Assembly (NCBI GenBank): GCA_963836055.1
Contig: CAWIID010000005.1
Location: 17,042-81,041 of the forward strand
DNA from: an uncultured Alphaproteobacteria bacterium
GTDB taxonomy: Bacteria > Pseudomonadota > Alphaproteobacteria > Rhizobiales > Xanthobacteraceae
DNA length: 64,000 bases
Direction of reading: 5' to 3'
Part shown: positions 9,850-18,618 of the stretch, piece after piece
Layout of the letters: every line of letters begins with the position of its first letter
Position numbering within the stretch: position 1 is the first letter of the stretch
Position numbers and translations under genes: made by a program
Notes under the pieces: model-generated
Seen by the model: only the letters and a program-made list of their open reading frames with translations
The model's database searches: none
What the model was told of the DNA's origin: nothing

Positions 9850-10063
9850 ATCCATAGGTGCTTCGAACTCAAAACCATTTGCCCTGTATTTAACGTTAAA
9901 TCCTGATCGCAATTGATTTGCTCGCTTAGCCTTGAGAGGCTGAAATTGAGGCAGCACCTCGTCCCCGACGCACCACACGCGCTGTCTCCGAGTCCTGGGC
10001 TTCCTCACCCGGAACTCCATCGTTTGATTAGGCCATGTGGCGGAAACCAACGCGGAAGCAAAG

Positions 10064-10300
10064 ATGAAATCGGCTCTGCTGATGGTGGTCTGGTTCTATT
10101 ATGGCGAACCCCCGGCAACGTCGCACACCGAGTTCACATCGATGGCGACGTGTCAGGCTGCACGGCGCGAAATCCTGCTGAGCGCCACGAAGCTAAAGTA
10201 TGAGGCGGAAACCGAAGCCCAAGAGGCACAACAGCGGGGAATCACAAACATGTGGCACGCGCCCGCTCCGACCGTGTCGGCTGTTTGTGTGTCTCAATAA
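10064..10300 (+). CDS. small hypothetical protein with hydrophobic N-terminus and two Cys
   Basis: MKSALLMVVWFYYGEPPATSHTEFTSMATCQAARREILLS...VSAVCVSQ. It lies in the lower-GC segment between the inverted repeat copies. Confidence 0.35.
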   Translation: MKSALLMVVWFYYGEPPATSHTEFTSMATCQAARREILLSATKLKYEAETEAQEAQQRGITNMWHAPAPTVSAVCVSQ

Positions 10301-10419
10301 AATCTCGCCGTGGTATTCGGCCATGCGATCAGGTCCATGCTCGGCCCAACCATGGCGCTTTGACTCGGAATTGCCGCTGCTTCATTTGTCGCTTCGGCGG
10401 CCACCACACAGCCGAGGGT

Positions 10420-10470
10420 TGTCACCTAGGCCCCATGTCTTAGGTACGCTCTGTTACCCATGTCTCCAGG
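10420..10470 (+). repeat. intergenic repeat, inverted partner of 9587-9629
   Basis: TGTCACCTAGG...CCATGTCTTAGG-TACGCTC-TGTTACCCATGTCTCCAGG, ending 17 nt from the 3' end of tRNA-Tyr. Confidence 0.55.
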
Positions 10471-10486
10471 CTGGATAGAAACTGGA

Positions 10487-10573
10487 TGGTGGGGGAGGTA
10501 GGACTTCGAACCTACGAAGGCGTAAGCCAGCGGATTTACAGTCCGCCCCCTTTGCCGCTCGGGACACTCCCCC
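10487..10573 (-). tRNA. tRNA-Tyr (anticodon GTA), long variable arm, encoded CCA
   Basis: The minus strand reads GGGGGAGTGTCCCGAGCGGCAAAGGGGGCGGACTGTAAATCCGCTGGCTTACGCCTTCGTAGGTTCGAAGTCCTACCTCCCCCACCA. It has a 7-bp acceptor stem, a CTGTAAA anticodon loop and a GTTCGAA T-loop. Confidence 0.93.
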
Positions 10574-10680
10574 GCAACGAAGTACGGGCGCAACGGCCGG
10601 GGTCCGGCCGCCGGCGCTATATGGTTGGACCGCCAGAACTAGTCAATCGAAAATGGTCGAATTGCCAAGGTCCGGCCCCC

Positions 10681-11520
10681 ATGACAGAAGCGGGCATGCG
10701 CCGACGCGAATGGCAATCGAAGCCACGGTCACAGGGCCGGCACGGACCCCAGCGTCATCAAGTCCAGCGGGATAGGCGCCGGGATCAGCGCCCCGAGGCC
10801 GGGGACGCGCCCGTCATCCTGTATGGTTGGCATAGCGTTACGGCGGCGCTCGCCAATCCGTCACGGCATATCCGCCGGCTATTGGCGACTGAAAACGCCA
10901 TCCGCCGCCTTGCCGACGAAGGCGTCGCGTTGCCGAAGGCGGTTGAAACTGTGCGCCCCGACGTCATTGCTGCGCGCCTGACAGCCGATGCCGTGCATCA
11001 GGGCCTGCTCGCCGAAGCCGATCCCCTGCCCTCAGCCGACATCGAAAGCCTGGCCCAATCCGGCATCGTGCTGGTGCTCGACCAGATCACCGATCCGCAC
11101 AACGTGGGGGCCATTTTGCGCACGGCGGCGGCGTTCGCCATCACGGCGATCGTCACCACAGCACGTCACAGCCCGGAGGCGACCGGCGTGCTCGCCAAAT
11201 CAGCGTCTGGAGCACTTGAGCTGGTGCCGATCGTGACCGTGCAAAACCTCGCGCGGGGTCTCGCGGCGCTAAAGGAGCGCGGGTTTTTTCTCGTCGGCCT
11301 CGACAGCACCGGAACCGATGATCTTGCGGCGATCGAGCTCAAAATGCCCCTCGCCCTTGTGCTCGGTGCCGAAGGCAAAGGGCTCCGGCAATTGACGCGC
11401 GCGAGTTGCGACCGGGTTGCTCGCCTCGACCTTCCCGGCGCGATCAAGAGTTTGAACGTTTCGAACGCGGCCGCGCTGGCGCTCTACATCGCGAACCGCG
11501 CTCGCAATGACTGTGCGTAA
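10681..11520 (+). CDS. rlmB: 23S rRNA (guanosine-2'-O)-methyltransferase, SpoU/TrmH family
   Basis: It has the LYGWHSV N-terminal substrate-binding domain and the SpoU motifs LDQITDPHNVGAILRTAAAF, LVLGAEGKGLR and LNVSNAAALALY. The ORF-track start at 10486 overlaps the tRNA, so the ATG at 10681 is used. Confidence 0.85.
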   Translation: MTEAGMRRREWQSKPRSQGRHGPQRHQVQRDRRRDQRPEAGDAPVILYGWHSVTAALANPSRHIRRLLATENAIRRLADEGVALPKAVETVRPDVIAARLTADAVHQGLLAEADPLPSADIESLAQSGIVLVLDQITDPHNVGAILRTAAAFAITAIVTTARHSPEATGVLAKSASGALELVPIVTVQNLARGLAALKERGFFLVGLDSTGTDDLAAIELKMPLALVLGAEGKGLRQLTRASCDRVARLDLPGAIKSLNVSNAAALALYIANRARNDCA

Positions 11521-11527
11521 CAAACAA

Positions 11528-11554
11528 CGAAGGCCCGCGCGAGGCAGGCCTTCG
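11528..11554 (+). terminator. stem-loop after rlmB (CGAAGGCC-11 nt-GGCCTTCG)
   Basis: An 8-bp GC-rich stem begins 8 nt after the rlmB stop. There is no clear U-tract. Confidence 0.35.
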
Positions 11555-11617
11555 CACATCGTGCCGCTAGTGGAGCGATTGACTCCTACATAATGGAAAA
11601 TGTCAATTTTATTCTTT

Positions 11618-11670
11618 AATTCTAACATTCGCAAGACAGCCTGCCCAACCGGGATGCGAATGTTAGAATT
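11618..11670. repeat. perfect 16-bp inverted repeat AATTCTAACATTCGCA / TGCGAATGTTAGAATT with 21-nt spacer
   Basis: Read directly from the sequence. It lies in an AT-rich spacer between convergent genes. Confidence 0.8.
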
Positions 11671-11693
11671 GGACCACTAGGATATCGCTCGCG

Positions 11694-12212
11694 TCAGCGA
11701 ACGCCGAACGGGACACGCGGATAGCCGTACCCGCGCCAGCGCAGCGCCGGGCCATAATAGCGCGGACGCATGTAGGGATGCATGTACGGGTGCATGTAGG
11801 GACGCGCATAGGCCAAGCGCGGATAGTACCGGTGCGGCCCGTATCCCGGGACGTAGGGATAGGGCGGCGTGTAAGCGGGTGCCGGCGAATAGGTGTGATA
11901 CGGCACCGTGATGCCTGGGCCTGAAAATGCCGGGCCCTGGTTGACGACGTAGATCGGCGAAGGCGCGATCGGCGTCGGCTCGACCAACGGCGATGTGTAG
12001 ACGACAGACCGGCCGCAGCCACAGCCGCTATAGGCGAGCAGGGCCGGTGCGACCGGCTGTGCATAGACGACCGGTGCGGCCACGGCGCAGCACGGGCTGA
12101 CGACCGGCGCAACGTAGGCAACCGGGGCATAGGCTGCACCGCAGCCGCCGCAACCGGAGTTGTACGCGAAAGGCGCCGAGACGCCCCAACCGCAACAGCC
12201 GGCGAACGCCAT
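11694..12212 (-). CDS. secreted Cys/Gly/Pro/Tyr-rich low-complexity protein (signal peptide appears out of frame upstream)
   Basis: MAFAGCCGWGVSAPFAYNSGCGGCGAAYAPV...PYMHPYMHPYMRPRYYGPALRWRGYGYPRVPFGVR. An ATG at 12276 with an AAGGGAG SD encodes MSLHRATLVVLATLF in the +1 frame. Removing one A from the AAAA run at 12233-12236 would give a perfect signal peptide ending SSMAFA|G. Confidence 0.6.
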   Translation of the reverse strand: MAFAGCCGWGVSAPFAYNSGCGGCGAAYAPVAYVAPVVSPCCAVAAPVVYAQPVAPALLAYSGCGCGRSVVYTSPLVEPTPIAPSPIYVVNQGPAFSGPGITVPYHTYSPAPAYTPPYPYVPGYGPHRYYPRLAYARPYMHPYMHPYMRPRYYGPALRWRGYGYPRVPFGVR

Positions 12213-12348
12213 CGAAGACGTTGCGGCAGGTGAAAAGTGTGGCAAGAACCACGAGGGTAGCCCGGTGAAGAGACATGATACTCCCTTACAAAACTGCCCC
12301 CCTGGGGAGGCGGGTGAAGACAGACCAACCACCGGCCTGTCGATGACT

Positions 12349-12831
12349 TCAGTGTCGACTCGGCTTCGGACTTGGTGTCGGCGTAGAACTTGAACTCGAC
12401 GATGTGTCGCTCGGCCAATACGGCGCGACGACGCTTGGTCCGTAATACGGCGCATACGTAGTGACGGGGCCTGAATCGGATTGGCTCGACCAACTGCGAT
12501 AGTAGGTCGGCGCCGGCGGCGGCAGCGGCCGGTCCGGCGGCGGTATGATTTCAAGGCGTCCGTAACCCGGACGGCGGCCTGATTTCGGGTAATAGGCCGG
12601 AACCCTGTAGGGCGTCGCAACCACGAGCGGACGAAAGATGATGGTCGGCGTCACTTGACCGGGCCGGTTCAGGCCGAACTCGCCCTCGACGATAGCCCAT
12701 GAGGCGTCAACCCCATTGATGTACACGGGCACGCCCGGCTTGCCTGGAATGACAATGACAGGTCCCTTCTGAGCGAACGCCGGGGACGCACTGACGGCTA
12801 ACAGTAACGCGGCTCGAACAACAACACGCAT
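12349..12831 (-). CDS. secreted Pro/Tyr-rich hypothetical protein
   Basis: It has the signal peptide MRVVVRAALLLAVSASPAFA|QK, followed by VYINGVDASWAIVEGEF... and a PPPDRPLPPPAPTYY low-complexity tail. Confidence 0.6.
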   Translation of the reverse strand: MRVVVRAALLLAVSASPAFAQKGPVIVIPGKPGVPVYINGVDASWAIVEGEFGLNRPGQVTPTIIFRPLVVATPYRVPAYYPKSGRRPGYGRLEIIPPPDRPLPPPAPTYYRSWSSQSDSGPVTTYAPYYGPSVVAPYWPSDTSSSSSSTPTPSPKPSRH

Positions 12832-13152
12832 CGGCTACTCGTAGTGTTGGCACGATGGCTGTGAACTGTACGGAAAACGCGCGCCTAATTGGTTTAAAAC
12901 TGGCCAATTAACCCGCTGAATTATTTGGTAACATTAACTCGCCGCTACCGCTGCGCCGCCGCGCGCCGGCTGCACCATTTTCAGTTCGCTGGCAGCGACC
13001 ACCAACTTTCGGATTACGACCTCTGGCGGACAGACAGAGCGTAAACCGCGCATTAGCCTTGATGCTGGAGTCGCCCCCGGCTGTGCGATGCGGTCATCAT
13101 CGGTGCCGCGCGGCAATTCCTAAAGATCACGGATTTAAGGGGGAGATCGCCT

Positions 13153-14781
13153 ATGACGACAATGACATTGAATCCGCCCCGCTCGGGCGGCATGACGAGC
13201 GAAGAACGTCTCGTCATCTTCGCGTCCTCGCTGGGGACAGTCTTCGAATGGTATGATTTCTACATCTACGGCACGCTTGGCGTATTCCTCGCCAAATACT
13301 TCTTCTCCAACGTACCCGCCAATGTCGGCTTCATCTTCGCACTGCTCGCGTTCGCCGCCGGCTTCGCGGTTCGGCCGTTCGGCGCGCTGATCTTCGGCCG
13401 GTTCGGCGACATGATCGGCCGCAAATACACCTTTCTCATCACCATGAGCCTGATGGGCATCGGCACGTTCTTCATCGGCGTGCTCCCAGGCTATGCGACA
13501 TGGGGCATCTTTGCACCGATCGTGCTGATAGGCTTGCGCCTGGTCCAGGGCCTCGCTCTCGGCGGCGAATATGGCGGCGCGGCGATCTACGTCGCCGAGC
13601 ACGCGCCGGCCAACAAGCGCGGCTATTACACGTCATGGATTCAGACGACCGCGACGCTCGGCCTTTTCATGGCGTTGCTCCTGGTCCTCGGCATCCGCAC
13701 TTCGATGGGCGAAGACGCCTTCGGCAGTTGGGGCTGGCGCATACCGTTCCTGCTTTCCGGCATCCTGCTCATTGTCTCCATCTGGATCCGGCTCAAGCTC
13801 AATGAGTCGCCGGTATTTCAGCGCATGGTCGACGAGGGCAAGGCGTCCAAACGGCCACTATCCGAAGCTTTCGGCGAATGGAAAAACTTGAAGATCGCAA
13901 TCCTCGCCTTGCTCGGCGCGACGGCCGGCGAAGCTGTCATCTGGTACGGCGGACAGTTTTATGCGCTGTTCTTCTTGACCCAGACCTTGAAGGTTTCACC
14001 GGTCTCGGCAGCGATCATGATCGCCATCGCGCTCGCGATCGCGACGCCCGGCTTTATCCTGTTCGGCTCGTTGTCTGACAGGATCGGTCGCAAGCCGATC
14101 ATGCTGGCGGGTTTCGCGCTCGCGGTCGCGACCTACTTCTTCATCTTCCAGGGCCTCACCCACTTCGCCAACCCGAAGCTGGAGCAGGCGCTCGCCAACG
14201 CGCCGGTGACGGTGACTGCGGACCCGGGCGAATGCTCGTTCCAGTTCAAGGCGACGGGTACTGAGAAATACACGACTGGCTGCGATAACATCAAAGCCGC
14301 GCTGGTGAATCTATCGGTCAACTACGATAACGTCACCGCTCCGGCGGGCACCAAGGCAAGCGTCAAGATCGGCGATCAGACCATCGCCGCCGATACGCCC
14401 AACCTTGCCGCCGTGATCGCCTCGGCCGTGAAGAACCACGGCTACCCGGCATCGGCCGACCCAAAGGACATCAACTATCCGATGACGGTGCTGCTGCTCG
14501 CGATCCTGGTCGTGTTTGTGACCATGGTGTACGGACCGATCGCAGCTTGGCTGGTGGAGATGTTTCCGACCCGCATTCGGTATAGTGGCGTGTCGCTGCC
14601 ATACCATATCGGCAACGGGTGGTTCGGTGGCTTCTTGCCAGCGACGGTATTCGCCATCGTGGCGGCCACCGGCAACATCTACTCCGGGCTCTGGTATCCG
14701 ATCGTGGTGGCGGCGATGAGCTTCGTTGTCGCGCTGATCTTCCTGCCGGAGACCAAGGACGTCGATATTACGCGTGCGTGA
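13153..14781 (+). CDS. MFS transporter, metabolite:H+ symporter (MHS/ProP-like) family
   Basis: 542 aa. It has the GTVFEWYDFYIYG N-terminal motif, RPFGALIFGRFGDMIGRK (MFS motif A) and 12 or more hydrophobic segments with a long central soluble insert. Confidence 0.88.
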   Translation: MTTMTLNPPRSGGMTSEERLVIFASSLGTVFEWYDFYIYGTLGVFLAKYFFSNVPANVGFIFALLAFAAGFAVRPFGALIFGRFGDMIGRKYTFLITMSLMGIGTFFIGVLPGYATWGIFAPIVLIGLRLVQGLALGGEYGGAAIYVAEHAPANKRGYYTSWIQTTATLGLFMALLLVLGIRTSMGEDAFGSWGWRIPFLLSGILLIVSIWIRLKLNESPVFQRMVDEGKASKRPLSEAFGEWKNLKIAILALLGATAGEAVIWYGGQFYALFFLTQTLKVSPVSAAIMIAIALAIATPGFILFGSLSDRIGRKPIMLAGFALAVATYFFIFQGLTHFANPKLEQALANAPVTVTADPGECSFQFKATGTEKYTTGCDNIKAALVNLSVNYDNVTAPAGTKASVKIGDQTIAADTPNLAAVIASAVKNHGYPASADPKDINYPMTVLLLAILVVFVTMVYGPIAAWLVEMFPTRIRYSGVSLPYHIGNGWFGGFLPATVFAIVAATGNIYSGLWYPIVVAAMSFVVALIFLPETKDVDITRA

Positions 14782-14787
14782 CGACAT

Positions 14788-14813
14788 TGCGGGACGGCCT
14801 TTGCCGTCCCGCA
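14788..14813 (+). terminator. rho-independent-type hairpin TGCGGGACGG-cctttg-CCGTCCCGCA
   Basis: A 10-bp perfect stem starts 7 nt after the MFS stop and is followed by TATCTTCCTC. It lies between convergent genes. Confidence 0.55.
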
Positions 14814-14868
14814 TATCTTCCTCGACCCTGATCGCCCTCCCCTGCTCTGCGGCGGAGGGCGATCCATT

Positions 14869-15150
14869 TTACGGAATCTCAGGCCAGATCAGCCGCCGCG
14901 CGATGAAATTGCGCAGTGCTGACGCCACAGCGCACAACAGTGCGAACGCCATTGTTGCAGCCGCGATCTCAGGAAGGCTTGCCGTCAAACTATCCGCGAC
15001 GCTCGTGCTCGTGCCGACCGCCGCGCGCAAAGGTCCAAGCGTTTTGAATAGGCCCGCCAGCGCGCCGAGCGCGGCGCCGTAGCCGGCCGCGCGCGTGACG
15101 CTCCACGCGCGCACGCCGTCCCGCGAAGTGTAAAGCGAAGGAAGCGGCAT
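14869..15150 (-). CDS. small hypothetical membrane protein
   Basis: 93 aa with two hydrophobic stretches (AAGYGAALGALAGLF, IAAATMAFALLCAVASAL). No family was recognised. Confidence 0.4.
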   Translation of the reverse strand: MPLPSLYTSRDGVRAWSVTRAAGYGAALGALAGLFKTLGPLRAAVGTSTSVADSLTASLPEIAAATMAFALLCAVASALRNFIARRLIWPEIP

Positions 15151-15179
15151 ATCTTGCGTCGAACTCCCGGCTGTCGACG

Positions 15180-16052
15180 CTATTCCGCAGCCTCGACTTG
15201 CATCGAGGGCTGCGCAACGAGACTGCCAAGATCGGGCAGCACAAGCCGGAGAATTTCCGTTTCTTCCCGCGCCACGAACTCGGCCTGTTCGCCCTCCTCA
15301 AGGTGAAGCGAGGAATATTGCCGATAGGGCGCGTCGTGCACGATACCGGAGCCAGACAGCACGAGATAAACGCTGCGTTCGCCGGCAGCGTAAGCGGCAC
15401 CGCGCGCGAGCTTGAGCAGCGAAGCGGCGCATTGGCGTTCCGTGAAAGTGCCGAGCTGCTTCTGTGAAACACCCGGCGCGCCGGCGACCGGAAGCCATTC
15501 ATAATTGGCTGGATCGACCATGATCGGATCGCGATAGCGCGGTTTCGGGTACTCCATCCGCTGGCCGTGGGCATTTTCCCAGATCGCCTGATAGCCATCG
15601 ACATTGCGGCGGCCTTCGACATCATCGTTACGGCGGAAGATGCCGTCTTTGAATGTTCCGTATTTCCTCAGCTCCTCGGTCCCGGCAGCAACTTCCTCGC
15701 GCGACAGATATCCGCTGCCGCTGGCGCCGCCGAATTGCAGCACCGCCGTCGAAGAGCGGCCTTCGGAGCTCTGCGGCCCGTAGGCGGCGCCTTCCGGGAA
15801 ATAGCCGAATGTGCCGGCGGTCATCTTGCCGTTGCGGTCGAAGTTCATCGTGCCTTCGAGCTGGAAGCGAAACTGGTCGAAGTTGTGCCGGTGGCGCGGC
15901 GAGGCGAAATCGCCCTCAAGCTGACCAATGTTAAACTGGAAGTTGCCGAGCGTCCCGGGCGTGCCATTGAGCAAGTGCCGGTAGTGAAACGTGCCGCCCC
16001 GGTGCTGCAGGCCGCGCTTCCATTCCACTTCGTCGCTATGTACGATTTTCAT
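15180..16052 (-). CDS. cupin domain protein (bicupin-like)
   Basis: 290 aa with the cupin metal motif SPRHRHNFDQFRFQLEG and a second beta-barrel-like half. Confidence 0.7.
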   Translation of the reverse strand: MKIVHSDEVEWKRGLQHRGGTFHYRHLLNGTPGTLGNFQFNIGQLEGDFASPRHRHNFDQFRFQLEGTMNFDRNGKMTAGTFGYFPEGAAYGPQSSEGRSSTAVLQFGGASGSGYLSREEVAAGTEELRKYGTFKDGIFRRNDDVEGRRNVDGYQAIWENAHGQRMEYPKPRYRDPIMVDPANYEWLPVAGAPGVSQKQLGTFTERQCAASLLKLARGAAYAAGERSVYLVLSGSGIVHDAPYRQYSSLHLEEGEQAEFVAREETEILRLVLPDLGSLVAQPSMQVEAAE

Positions 16053-16453
16053 GTTCCTGATCCTTGGGATTGGCGTTGGTTCATCGGGCCCAGCGCTCTA
16101 AGGCGTATCATCCGGCGGGTTGTCTTATAGGATGATACTACTGCGTCTCATTTCGCCTGTCAGGAGCCCTCGAAAGGCGGCCCGAACGGGCTCACCTGCT
16201 CGAATAAATCCGACGGCAACGGCAATATGTCGCACGTTCCGGGCGCGCGCAGTTGTGCCTTCTACTCGCGCAAAAGTAACTGCACTTTCATCCGCTTAAG
16301 ACGATGCACGGCAACGCTGGCCGCCGCGCGAATTGTCCACTAACATCCGCCCGGTCAGCGTGGGGCGTCAGCGTCCGTGAGCGGGCGCGCTTGACGGACT
16401 GAATGAATTAAGCGCGGCGTCATTCGACGCCTCCCCGCCAGTGAGGAGCGTCT

Positions 16454-18517
16454 ATGGAAACGGACATGCTGCATTCCGCAGCTAGTGCCCTGCTCATTAT
16501 TCTTGACCCGATACGCATGCTCTATTTGTTCGGCGGCGTATGCATGGGTCTCTCACTCGGCATTCTTCCGGGCATTGGCGGCGTCGCCGGAACGGCGCTG
16601 CTCCTGCCGTTCACCTACAATCTCGACCCGCCGACCGCTTTCGCACTGTTGCTCGGCCTCGGCGCGACAACGACGACCGCTGATCCGATCGCCGCGATTC
16701 TGTTCGGCGCACCCGGCCACGCCGCCTCCGCAGCGACGACACTCGACGGCTACCCGATGACGCGTCGCGGCGAGGCCGGCCGTGCGCTCGGTGCGTCGTA
16801 CATGGCCGCCTTGATCGGCGGCTTGTTCGGCGCCGCACTGATGGCAGTCGCGTTGCCCATCCTGCGTCCGATCATTCTCTACATCGGATCGCCGGAACTG
16901 CTTGGCGTTGCCGTGTTCGGCATTTCCATGGTGGCGGTGCTGTCCGGCAACGCGCCGCTGCGAGGCCTGACGTCGGCGTGCTTCGGCATGATGCTGGCGA
17001 TGATCGGTACCGATCCGCAATCCGGCACGCTGCGCTGGACCATGGATACGCTCTATCTGTGGGACGGCTTGCCGCTCGTCCCGCTGACGCTCGGCATCTT
17101 CGCTCTGCCCGAGCTGTGCGATCTCGCAATCGGCCGCATGGCAGTCGTGCAGGAAGGCCAAACGATCGACACCAAAACCGGCATGCTGCTTGGCGTCCAG
17201 GATTGCATGCGGCACTGGTTTCTGATTCTCCGCTGCTCGTGGATCGGTTCGGCGATGGGCGCCATTCCCGGCATCGGCGCCTCGGTGATCGATTGGATTT
17301 CCTACGGCCATGCGCTGCGCACCGAAAAAGGCGCGGCACAGACATTTGGCACGGGCGACGTGCGCGGCGTGATCGCCGCCGAGAGCGCCACCAACGCGCG
17401 CGAAGGCGGCGCACTGGTTCCGACCGTCGCGTTCGGGGTGCCAAGCAGCGCCGGCATGGCGATCCTGCTCGGTGCGTTCCTCATTCACGGTCTGGTTCCC
17501 GGGCCGGAAATGCTGACCAAGCACCTCGACCTGACCTATTCGATGGTGTGGAGCATCGCCATCGCCAACATCTTGGGCTCCGGCCTTTGCTTTGCATTCA
17601 GCGGTCAGCTCGCGAAGGTTGCGACGCTGCGCTACACGCTGTTCATGCCGGGCGTGCTCAGCCTCGTCTATATCGGCGCGTTCGAGGCCTCGCGGAATTG
17701 GGGGGACGTGTTCTCGCTCATTTCCTTTGGCATCCTCGGCTGGGCGATGAAGCATTTCAAATGGCCGCGCCCGCCGCTCGTACTCGGCTTCATCCTCGGT
17801 GACGTGCTCGAACGCTACATGTTCATCTCGATCGAGCGTTACGGCGTCAGCTGGATGCTCCGCCCGGTCGTGGTTGTCATGTTCGCCATGGCGGGATTGA
17901 GTCTGCTACGCCCATTGCTGCAGGACATTCGTAATCACGGCGGATTGAGGAAAATGGTGTCCCAGTGGGGGCACCCGCAGCTTGCCGGCGGTAATCTGTT
18001 CCCCGCTGCATTGCTATGCCTTTTCATTGTGATGATATCGCAGTCGTTCGAATGGGCATTCGCCGCAAGGATCATCCCAACCATCGTCGGCACCGGCGCC
18101 ATCCTGTTCTGCTCGCTGAGCTTGATCAACGACATTTTTGGACTGCACGAGCGAAATGGTGGCGTTGTTGTTGCAGGCGCGGGTGAGGGCAAGACGCAAA
18201 AAATCCACATGGACATCGCGTCCAAAACTTCGCACCTCCCGACCAAGACCATTTTGACCCGAGGATTCTTGTTCTTCGGCTGGATGGGAAGCTTTGCGGC
18301 GTGCATGGCGCTGATCGGACTCATTCCGACAGTGCCGATTTTCATCACCTCCTTTATGCGCATTGAAGGGCGCGAGCCCTGGAAGATCGTCATCCCGATG
18401 GCGTTCTGCGTGGTGCTCTTGATCTACGTGGTGTTCGACCAGCTCCTCGCGATCCCATGGCCGCCGACGTTGTTGGGCCTGTTCTTCCCGGCGTTGAAGT
18501 TCATACCCAGCGTTTAG
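16454..18517 (+). CDS. tripartite tricarboxylate transporter permease, TctA with C-terminal TctB-like extension (fusion)
   Basis: The first ~500 aa are TctA-like (GILPGIGG..., IDWISYGHA, GVPSSAGMAILLGAF). The last ~170 aa form four extra TM helices resembling TctB. Confidence 0.8.
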   Translation: METDMLHSAASALLIILDPIRMLYLFGGVCMGLSLGILPGIGGVAGTALLLPFTYNLDPPTAFALLLGLGATTTTADPIAAILFGAPGHAASAATTLDGYPMTRRGEAGRALGASYMAALIGGLFGAALMAVALPILRPIILYIGSPELLGVAVFGISMVAVLSGNAPLRGLTSACFGMMLAMIGTDPQSGTLRWTMDTLYLWDGLPLVPLTLGIFALPELCDLAIGRMAVVQEGQTIDTKTGMLLGVQDCMRHWFLILRCSWIGSAMGAIPGIGASVIDWISYGHALRTEKGAAQTFGTGDVRGVIAAESATNAREGGALVPTVAFGVPSSAGMAILLGAFLIHGLVPGPEMLTKHLDLTYSMVWSIAIANILGSGLCFAFSGQLAKVATLRYTLFMPGVLSLVYIGAFEASRNWGDVFSLISFGILGWAMKHFKWPRPPLVLGFILGDVLERYMFISIERYGVSWMLRPVVVVMFAMAGLSLLRPLLQDIRNHGGLRKMVSQWGHPQLAGGNLFPAALLCLFIVMISQSFEWAFAARIIPTIVGTGAILFCSLSLINDIFGLHERNGGVVVAGAGEGKTQKIHMDIASKTSHLPTKTILTRGFLFFGWMGSFAACMALIGLIPTVPIFITSFMRIEGREPWKIVIPMAFCVVLLIYVVFDQLLAIPWPPTLLGLFFPALKFIPSV

Positions 18518-18618
18518 ACCATCGGGCGGCGACGGCGTGCGCGGCCACCGCCGCCGCCCGCATTCGCCTCAGAATGAGCTGCGATCCGGGCAATCCCGGC
18601 ATCGGCGCTTCCGCACCA

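Noticed and set aside
10486-10680. N-terminal 65 codons of the listed 344-aa rlmB ORF
   Set aside because: This part overlaps tRNA-Tyr on the opposite strand, so the start was moved to the ATG at 10681.
16553-17755. 400-aa minus-strand ORF
   Set aside because: It is antisense to TctA and has Arg/Ala/Gly/His-rich shadow-frame composition.
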